Of a stretch of DNA of 64,000 nucleotides, positions 45,000 to 54,348 are shown one piece after another. Source of the stretch: Rhizaria sp. SCN 62-66 (Eukaryota). Position 1 is the stretch's first letter. Every line of letters begins with the position of its first letter. A program made the translations under genes and the position numbers. A model generated the notes under the pieces. That model did not search any database. It was not told the DNA's origin and was given only the letters and a program-made list of their open reading frames with translations. The DNA is taken from NCBI GenBank assembly GCA_001724265.1, contig MEDY01000064.1, positions 1-64,000 on the forward strand, read 5' to 3'.

Positions 45000-47243
45000 A
45001 GGTTGATATTGCTATTGGCTGCCAGGCGCAAGAGCGGGCGAGCCAGGAGCGCTGCCGCCGCCGCTCTGCGGATTAATGCCGTAGTAGCCGCTGCCGTAGC
45101 CGCTGGCGCCGTGGTTATACAGCGGGCTCGACAGCTCGTGCTCGCTGACCGGGCTCGCGTCAGCCTCGGAGCCGTTGGCGCTTGCGGAAACAGCGCCCCC
45201 GCCGATGTTGAGGTTCAGGTAGGAGCTCGAGGTCAGCAGCGGCGGCGGGGCGCCGGCGGGCCGCGCGCGCGGGCGCGGGGGCAGCTTCGGCGGCGACTGC
45301 GACAGCGGCAGCGGCGGCGGAGGTAAGGGGCCGTTGCCCGAGTTTCCGCTACCACCGCGGCTGCCACGACCGAGGCCGAGCGTTGCGCTGTTCACGTCGG
45401 TCGAGGCGGAGGTTATGGGTGACAGGCAGTCGATACCGCCACCGATTTGTTGATGCTGTGCGTGTGGGCCCTGCGCCTGTGTGTGCGACTGTGGCGTGGC
45501 CCAATGTCCCGCACCCGCGCCCGCAGCAGCGCCGCCGGTGCGGTCAGCGCCGGTTGAGTGCATCGCAACGACAACAGGTCCTTGTCCGCCAGTGGCGCCG
45601 GCGTTAGCCCAGACACCACCCGCAGAAGTACTACTATTGTTGTTGGGCGCTGTGTCGTCGATATCGTTCGTGTCGTTGTTGTTGAAGGCCTTGGCAAACA
45701 CAATGGCGTCCAAGCTCTCGAGCCCCAGCAAACGGCCCTCGTCCTCATCTTCGGCGTCGCGGCCACGCTCGCTGTCTCCGTCGTGTTGGTCTTGAGGACT
45801 CACTCCACTGCCGAAGCCAGCGCCCGTAGGCCGCGCACCGGGCTCCTGCTGTCCTTGTTGCATGACGCGACCACCAGCAGCACCAGCGCCGCCGCTGGCA
45901 GCAGCGTCTGCCTCAGATCCCTGAGGGTGTGCGAGCTGGTTGCTGTTGTTGCGGTCGCGTTCGCCGAGCTTCGTCGCGCGGCGGTGCGAAGCGACGCGGC
46001 GCACGCGGTCACCGCGAGCCTCGCGCCAGGCCTGCTGCGCGCCGGCAAGCGAGGGCGAGGTCAGGATCGCGCGCACGGTCTCGGCCGCGGTGCGGGGCGG
46101 GAAGCGCGTGCGTACGAGTGAGATGGAAAACACGGCTGCGAGCAGCGCGTACGTGAAGGCCTGGCCGACGAAGTAGTACTCGTCGCCGAACACCACAAGC
46201 AGCACGCGGCACGCGGCGAGCGCGGAGACGGCAACGGGCACGGAGGTGATTTTGCCGGCGTAGCCGCTGAAGAGCACGCACATGTCGAGCACCATCACGG
46301 CGGCAGCGGTGACATACCCGGCGTTGAAGGTCGCCAAGTGCTCCGTGTCATCCGCGTCGCCCGCGGGGTCGGAGCCGTCGGTGGCGTTGCGCGCAAGCGC
46401 GGCGTGCACGACGAGCGCGTACACCCACAGCAGCACGAGCGACATGAGCCAGGACCCGACGGCCTTGGCCAGGCGCGCGGTGCGGCGGCGGTCCGCGGCG
46501 GCTGCGCGGCGAGCCGCCAGCGCGGGCGCGGCCGCGGGGACGGGGTCCGCGCCGCCCACCAGCGCAGGCGGTAGCGCGGAGCCGTAGGGCGCGGCGAGCG
46601 AGGCCGCGGCGGTGGCGGAGGCGAGGTCGGGCCAGCACGAAGTGAGCAGCGCGGGCAGCGTGCGGTACACTCCCGGGTAGTCTTTGTAGTCGTAGGCGTT
46701 GAAGTTGAGCAGGATGGACACGGAGTACGCCACAGGAAGCATGTTAATTGTGAGAAAGATGACGCTTAGACTGGTGAAGGTGCGCGTCTGCGTGATGAAC
46801 GCGCTGAGGATCTGGAAGGCCACGAGCAGCGCGCCGGCCAGAGTCAGCAAAACGCGTGGGAACAGCGAGAGCGTGTAGCCGTTGAAGTGCCAGTGTGACC
46901 AGGCAAACATAGCGAGCAGCACCGCCGTGCCAATCATGAGCAGCGAGAAGCCGTACATGGACGGGAAGTCGCTGTTGGCGAGCGCGGTGCCGCCCCAGGC
47001 CCACAGCAGCGCGAAGGGCGAAGCCAGCGTGAGCCAGACAGCGATCGAGAACCAGGGCGCCCAGCGCGCGAACGCGGCATCGGACACGCCCAGAAAGACA
47101 AGCCAGCGCGCAGCCATACGGATGTTGCCGCGGATGCGTGAGAGCACCATTTGCGCGGCGATGGTCAGCAGCAGGGTGGGGAGCCCGAACTAGAGCAGGT
47201 GCAGCCCCGCCTCTGCAGACCAAAACTCGCGCACGTGCACCAT
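36549..47243 (-). CDS. Giant multi-transmembrane calpain (TML/DEK1-like), ~3,564 aa, read through two in-frame TAGs
   Basis: One frame from ATG 47243 to TAA 36549, interrupted only by TAG 47190-47192 and TAG 45012-45014. Many hydrophobic TM helices in two blocks, a coiled coil and a CxxC...CxxC...HH zinc finger. CysPc domain with QGDLGDCW (Cys ~38541), GHAY (His ~38061) and NPWG (Asn ~37986). Two C2L-like domains (GQWGVAKAGGC...NPQY; GAW...TAGG...NPQF). Confidence 0.88.
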
Positions 47244-49607
47244 TGCGGCAAGCCGCGCGGCCGGAGCGGCGCCAGGCAGACAGAAAAAAGGAGAGAAGGC
47301 GTGGTGTGGTGGCAACGCGTGAAGAAAGGTCCGGAGAAAGCGGTTGGGCGGACCGAAATAGGAACCAACCTGTGGAAGGTCAGACGGGAGAGAGTCAAAA
47401 GGAAATGCGGTTCAAGTAGTTAATGAGCAGACCAAACAAAATGAATTTCTGTTTACACGTAAAGAAGTAATACTTAATATCAAGACACTTATCAAAACCT
47501 CTTTCTACGACGAAGCACATGCTTACTGCTTCGAATACCATGCTGCGTCTCCACAAAGTTGAAGTGGTCCGATTTTAAAGCTGACCTTAAGCACGACGGA
47601 CCGATTTGTGGTTGAGACGTTTAGTATCAATTTAGGCAGACCATATCAATGATACTGACGACAAAACTTTGAAAAACAATCGTTGACAACTTGATTTATC
47701 TATGAATTATGCTATTAGTGTCTTTGCATTCTATGCGCTTCATCAGTATCATTCCAAAAGAAAGCTTGCGTGAAACGGGAGTTGCAGATAGTAGCTTGTT
47801 TTACTATAGAGAATATGTATCAGCGATTCTAACGAGAAACGAAGTAAAGAGATAACAGGAACAAACAACAAATCGTTTCTAAGAAACGGAGGAGAAGAAA
47901 ATCATCAACTAGCCTACAAGAGGCCGACATCTAACATAACAGATCAAACAAACAAGATAGTATAACAAACATAGATACAGAGACCATATCAGAAACGTAA
48001 CATCAGCACAGACAAGATAAGAAGAGATACAATGAGCGATACAAGAGAACCTAAAAGGCACAGACACTAATGCCAACACGAACGTACAAGCACACCAAAA
48101 GACGCGCGACAAAGAACGAGAGAGCTGGCGAGAGCGTAGGTACGGAGGCACGATGACACACAGTGCAGCGACAGAACTTGAGCAAAGCTCAGTGCAAGAA
48201 TCTACGAGCGACAGAGGCCCTAAGGCCTCACACCGTGCTAAGTCGCAGCGTCGCTCGCTCGCTCGCTCGCTCGCGCGCTCGTCTGTTTAAACGTGCACCA
48301 TCAGAGTGGTTATCGCCACGAACGGAGACAAGTGATCAGAACACTCGACGTACGTTGTGTGTGGTTGATGCCGCAACGATCGCTGTAGCTAGTGCAGCGA
48401 CATGAGTCGTTTCCCTCTCCCTCTTGCATCCACACTCTCTCGCCACATAAAGTACAGGTGCGTTCGAACATACACACGCAGGCACGTACGACAGCATAAG
48501 AGCAGCAGCAGAACAGACACGGTCGTACGCAGTCTAAGGATGATAAATGAATGAATGAAATATATATCATGGAATTCAAATCACGTCACGAATAGTAGAA
48601 GTAAGTAACGACACGAGCACAGTGCCACCTGTACAGGGCTGTACAAGAGCAGAACAAAGCAGGCTAGGCCGGGGGTAAGCGAGAGAGAAGTGAACATGAG
48701 GCGAAACGACATAACACGCGAGTCAAGTAAGAAGACTTGAGGTCGTTGCATTGCATTGCGTTCTGCGGGCAGCATTGCATACGAACGTATCAGCACGATC
48801 AATGGACACATAGAGCAGATAATAGGTGATGCTCTCGCGCACTGTTGTCGGCGACGGCTGACCGCAGAAGACTCGCGCAGTCGCTCTCATTCTTGGCCTC
48901 GCTATTGCAGACTCACACGCACAAATTAAGCACGTCTGAGTGTAGGACTGTGAGAGGCACAGTTGTGGAGAGCTTGTTGTTCCATTGTTCCACCGAGAGA
49001 TGATGACAAGTTACATTAAAAAGAAAGACAAACCGACAAGCAGACTACAGGGGGGAAGAGGTCAAAAATATTTTAAAGAGAAACGAAAAAAGAGAAGAAA
49101 ACAAGAGTGGCATGAGAAAAAATTTTCGAGAAGACAGTAGCGGATCACAGAAACGGCCACTGTCGTCCCGTGCTACTGTACTTAGAGAGAGGGAGACCGA
49201 CGGGCACGAGCTACCTTCGCACCAACGACGTGGCTTCGTTGCTGCGATAGAGTTGATGCGTGTGTCTCTTGTTGTGTCGTACTTAAAGTGACTCTCGTAA
49301 GGTCACTTCGGGAAAAAAAACGTGCTTTAAAATTTGCTAGACACCAAGTCGTGAGTGGGATTCACGACGTCAACAATGATTTCAGAGTAATGTTACGTAC
49401 TACTAGGCATTCACGCGACTACTCTCAACGGGCAGCTCTGCTCTATACACAGCTCTTCTCTCCCTTAGCGTCGCTTGCGAGGCAGCGTCACATAGTCGCA
49501 GTGACAGCAGATTCGAAGAGCAGGAGCGGGAAACAGAGCAGAGCTGAGCGCCGCTAACTCGAACCCGCTTGGCGCTTCAGGTGCGGCGTCTGCGGATGCG
49601 TGGGGGC

Positions 49608-50936
49608 TTAGTTCATGCCGGGCATGTGGGGCACGAGCGCGTCGACGAACTCCTGCAGACGGAAGGTCTGGCGCACGTAGGGCCGCACGTCCGAGACGTC
49701 CTTGAGGTGGCGCAGGAAGGGGATGAGGTTGAGCAGCTCGCAGTCGTGCTCGTCGTCAAACCACGACTCGCAGGGGATGCCGTTGTCGAGCTGGAAGCCG
49801 AAGGCCTGGAACGAGTTGTCTACAATGACGACCTTGTCGAGCGGACGGCCGAGGATGTTGAGGTCCTTGAGGTAGTTGCCCTCGACGCACACGCACGAGT
49901 CGCGGAACACGCGGTGCGAGATGTACTCGTTGCGCGGGTCGATGATGTTGAGCAGAGAGTCGGCGTACACCTTCTGCGACGCCGTGAAGATGACGACCTC
50001 GAACCACTGCGCGACCTGCTTGAGGAAGTACTCGAGGTGCGGGCGGATGCGTACGTAGACCTCATAGTCGACGCCGTTGAAGTTGACGTGGAACGTGAAT
50101 TCGGGGTTGTCGATCGGCTGAATGGAGCAGTGCACCAGCGTCTCATCCAGGTCCAGCGCCAACGTCACGGGCGGCGCGTTAAGCGACTTGCGCGGGATCG
50201 GCGACTTGCGCGGCGTGGGCACGGCCACCGAGAGCGGGCCCAGTTGCTTGATGAAGATGAAGGGGTCGTACTCCTCCTCTTCAGGGAACGAGTCGTCGCC
50301 CATGTCCTTGCGCAGCGTCGACAGCTTAATCTGTCCCAGCGCATTCTTGTGCTGCAGCGCGCGAAGCACGGCGTTCATGCTCGGCGGGCTGTATGTGTGG
50401 ATCGGGCCCTTCTGGATCACGGCCGTCGACGGCAGGCGTCGCTCCAGCGGCCGTACGTCGTCTAAGATGCTGTCGGAGACGCCCACGGCAGCGTCGCCCG
50501 CGCTCTTGCCGCCGCCGGCGGCCTCGTCGTATTTGGGCGAGAAGAGCGCAGCGCCCGAGCCGCTGGAGCGGGCGCCAGCAGCCGCGCCAGCGGCTGCGCC
50601 AGCGCCAGCGCCGGAGGCGGACCCTGTGCGGGACTGTGAGGAGACCGCGGCGGGCGAGCCCATCGCGGCGCGAGCAGCAGAGGCGCCGGCAGGCGCGGGC
50701 GCGGCGGCCGCAGCGGGCGCGGCAGCGGCGCCGGGGCGCCCCGCGGCGGGAGTGGCCCTGCCGCGGCGCAGCGCTGACGCGATTGGCGAGTCGGGCTCGG
50801 CGTAGGGCGAGGCAGCTGAGACCGGTGTGGCGGTAGCGCCGTAGCCCGTGCGAGCCGCAGCGCGGTTGGGCGTAGCAGCAACGGACTGAATCAGGGTGTT
50901 GCCGCCCGCGGGGGCAGCGCCTGAGCGGCCGAGCAT
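49608..50936 (-). CDS. CTDSPL2: FCP1/SCP-family CTD small phosphatase (CTDSPL2/SCP4-like)
   Basis: 442 aa ending in TAA. DPFIFIKQL, catalytic LALDLDETLVHCS, VYVRIRPHL, FEVVIFTASQKVYAD, FRDSCVCVEGNYLKDLNILGR, VDNS and DNGIP. Confidence 0.9.
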   Translation of the reverse strand: MLGRSGAAPAGGNTLIQSVAATPNRAAARTGYGATATPVSAASPYAEPDSPIASALRRGRATPAAGRPGAAAAPAAAAAPAPAGASAARAAMGSPAAVSSQSRTGSASGAGAGAAAGAAAGARSSGSGAALFSPKYDEAAGGGKSAGDAAVGVSDSILDDVRPLERRLPSTAVIQKGPIHTYSPPSMNAVLRALQHKNALGQIKLSTLRKDMGDDSFPEEEEYDPFIFIKQLGPLSVAVPTPRKSPIPRKSLNAPPVTLALDLDETLVHCSIQPIDNPEFTFHVNFNGVDYEVYVRIRPHLEYFLKQVAQWFEVVIFTASQKVYADSLLNIIDPRNEYISHRVFRDSCVCVEGNYLKDLNILGRPLDKVVIVDNSFQAFGFQLDNGIPCESWFDDEHDCELLNLIPFLRHLKDVSDVRPYVRQTFRLQEFVDALVPHMPGMN

Positions 50937-51731
50937 TCTTGTGGAGGGTGCCGACGGGTCTGGGCAGGCACTTCACGCAAGTACCCTGTTCCGCGAAAGC
51001 TAAAGTGTGAGGCGGGGGAAAAAGGTGAGAGTTACGTGCCCTAACGAACAAGGCCCGTGTAGAGCAGACGCGCAGTGGTGCGACGGGTGCGGGCTAGAGG
51101 TGTAGAGTACAGCAAGTGAGTTGGACTGTGGTAAGAACGAGGTCTGCTCGCTTGGGAGAGTGGCCTGCGTACTGCGGGGAAACAAATAGGCGAAGAAAAA
51201 AGACGTTATATGCAGGTGTTTAATATGGCTTAAGGCATTCCGCACACTCAGGTATCCACTCAGGCCCTCGAACTGGCACCACAGCCAGACCCAATAGAAT
51301 GAACAAACGGTTAGCTCAAAAAGGCACGAGGCGCCACCTGAAAGTGGGGCTGCGTAAAGCAGCATGACCATGGACAGCAGTGCAGCTCAAATATTGCATT
51401 GAAGACTGAATATCTAATTCTAAGGTTGTAGTCTTATATCTAAACTGCCCCACCAAACGGCACAATTCGGCATTTTCCGATTTCCTCAGAGGTCTGTCCC
51501 ACCGTTATCGCTCGGAAAGCTAAGCCGCTCGGTGTGGGGCCCAAGTGACCGTGAGCAGGCACTTGCTCGCAGACTTGCAGCGCAATTATATACCCCTTCC
51601 TGATCACCAATATCGGATTTGACCTTGTTTTGATACTGTCAACGCACTGAAATATTTTAACACATAATCATACTTTCTGAAGTATCACACTCACTCCGCG
51701 CGCCACACCCCTGCTTACCACCTCAAAGGCC

Positions 51732-54013
51732 ATGAGCGCTCCTTCCACCTCTCACCCGGAGGCGCCCACACGCCCAGTTGCGTCCCTCGCGTCTGTGACC
51801 GCCCCGGATGCTTCCATGGTACCCGCTGCAGTTGCCCCTGGTGCGCTGTCAGAGGAGGACAAAGACATCAACAAGAAGTTCGTGCTCTCGGCCGTGGGCA
51901 TGATCGCCGTGCTGGGCACCCTCGGCCTCGGCGTCGGCTCCAAGCTTGGCCAGATGTGGGTCCGCAGCTTCGTTGTCTCGCTCGACGACGAGAAGGTTGC
52001 CATCAAGAAGCCTGGACTTCTTGCGCGCCTCTTCAGTCCTCCCGACCTCGGCCCTAACGCCCCCGCCGTGACTACAACGACTGCCGGGTCTGCTGCGTCA
52101 ACTTCTGCGACTGCGTCCGTGTCCGCGTCTGCTGCGACGACGGCAGCACCGCAGCCCTCCGCAGCCACCGCCGCCGCGTACGGCAACTTTCGCCGCAAGC
52201 CTGTGCCCGGCGCCCCCGCTTCTGTCTCCGTGCCAGCGGCCGCCACGCCCGCCACGACGATGATGATCGCTGCCGCCAACGCCACCGCCGCGGCGCCCGC
52301 TGCGCCCGCGTACCCCGCCGCGATGGGTCCCGCGCTGCCCCCCACGGGCGCCGCTGCCGCTGCTGCCAGCGCCACCGCTGCGCCCGCAGTTGCCTCCGCC
52401 CCGCGCGCGATGGGCCCCGCCGCCGCCGCCGCCGCCGCCGCCATCGCCCGTGCAGCCTCCTCCTCGACCGCTGCCGCTGCTACAGCCCCTGCCGCCCCTG
52501 TCGCCGTTGCTGCGGCGAACACAGCCACCGCTGCTGCTGTGGCTGCTGGTGCTGCTGCTGGCGGCGGCGGCGGCGGTGGCGGTGCGCCGATGTGGCTGTC
52601 GTCGACGCCGCCCGCGCACACGCTCACCTACAGGCGGCTGCCGGAAGGGCCGCTCAAGACTTCGGTGCAGGTGCGTAGTATCGGTGCTATCTTTGCGTTA
52701 TTTGCAGTATTTTATGGTTAATCCTGCCAATCATATTTAAATCAACGCTTGATGAAGAAACATATATGGTTTATGAATGCGTATATCTGTTTAGCAGCGC
52801 CACCTCACCTCCCTCCATGCTATGCCCTGACTTTCTTCTGTTCCCTTACCATTCCTCTCAGGCGGAGCTGATGGCTTATGGCGCGTCCCGCGCGAAGCTG
52901 GCCTTCCTTTACGGCACGGCGCTCGCCGTCACTGGATTTTCCCTGGGCACGCTGGGCGTGTGCTACTGGCTTGACGTCTGGTCCTTCCCGGCCTTCGCGC
53001 GCCGCATGCAGGCCGAGGTGCCGTCCATCATGCGCGCCGCGGGCGCTAGGGAGCTCTTCGTGCGCCTCGGCTTTGCGCCGCCCGCCGTCCTTGTCAGCGG
53101 CGCAAGCGATGCCGCCGACGGCGAGAGCAGCAGTGTCAGCAATACTGTTAGCCCGCGCGCTGGCCAAGAGGCCTGCGGCTCCGCCGAGGCCGCGACGCCT
53201 GTGGCGGGCGCCGCGAGCGCGCTCAACGCGTGGGCCCGCGACGCCCGCGCGTCCCTGACATCCCTCAGCGCGCGCGTGCTGCCGACGCTGGGCTCCGGCA
53301 CCGGACTGGGCCGCGGAAAGGGCGTCTCGGCCGAGCGCGCCGCCGCCGACGCGAGCGACGCGGCCGCGATGGACCGATTGGACGACGTCGCGCTCGAGGC
53401 GAGCATCACCGAGACGCTCGAGGCCTTCGCTGCGGGCGACGACGCGCCCAAGCGCAGCCGCAAAAGCAAGAGCAGTGAGGGTGGCGCTGATGACGGCGGG
53501 AGGAGCGAGAGTGTCTGGCGCCGTGGCATCAGCCGCATGACGGCTCTCGTGCGCGGCGGAGACGGCAACACGAGCAAGAGTGCCGCTGCTGTCGCTGCTG
53601 ACAGTGCGAGCGACGACGCGAAGGACCTGGCCGAGCTTGCTGCCGCTTTGTCGATCACGCCCTCCGATGTGACTGCTATCGCCCAGCCCCAGCCCCAGCC
53701 TCAGGCGCCGCCTCGGTCTCAAAACGACCAGGCTGTTGCCATTTCAACCAGTGCCAGCGTTTCCAGTTGCGCGCTCTCTGACGCCGGCTCCGTCTTGAGT
53801 GCTGCCGGCGCTGGCTGGGGTCTGTGGAGTGCGTGGGGCTGGACGCGGGACACCGCTGTGTGGCTCGTTTGGGGTAGCCCCAAGGCGACCGACGCGGCCA
53901 CTGGCACTGGTGCGGGCGTCAGTGTGAGGGTTGGAGACGAGGATGTTGCTGCTGCTGTCTCCGGTGTTGGCGCGACTGCCACTGGGACGACGACAGGGGA
54001 CAGTAAGGCGTAA
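51732..54013 (+). CDS. TMEM242/DUF1358-like mitochondrial membrane protein with Ala-rich expansions (~696 aa)
   Basis: Exon 51732-52670, intron 52671-52861 (GTGCGT...TCAG), exon 52862-54013 ending in TAA. Two TM segments: FVLSAVGMIAVLGTLGLGVG and AKLAFLYGTALAVTGFSLGTLGVCYWLDVWSFPAFARRMQ, the second resembling the TMEM242 core. Confidence 0.6.
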
Positions 54014-54348
54014 GCGAAGCGGGGCGTACACATCATGCTCCCAACATAGGAAATGAGAGTTATCTAGTCAAACCCCGAAATTATTTAATTTAATATAATC
54101 CTGTCATAGAAATAAATATTGACACATTTTGTATTATTATACGTTTTTACCATGAAGTAACAACAACATGTTGCGCTAAGTATCACTTGTAGATTCAAGT
54201 CTGCTCGAATAGTGAATTTCAAATGGTAATAAGACAAAGGAGTGTAAGAATATGACGGCGAATACGTTGCCGAATAAATAATGTTAATATATAGAGGTGC
54301 ACATTGTCAAGTCGCACCACTTCTACAAGAGAAACGGACGCTTAATGT

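Noticed and set aside
10863-47192. Treating the four TAG-containing genes as pseudogenes, or the TAGs as splice acceptors
   Set aside because: Catalytic motifs are intact, the only internal stops are TAG, and the upstream sequence is open coding-like DNA without the AT-rich body, GTACGY donor and pyrimidine tract of real introns here. Not formally excluded without reads.
47420-49600. 2.2-kb spacer with strong purine/pyrimidine strand skew and short ORFs
   Set aside because: No coding bias, RNA-gene motif or terminal repeats seen. Most simply a long U-rich 3'UTR of the phosphatase plus the calpain promoter.
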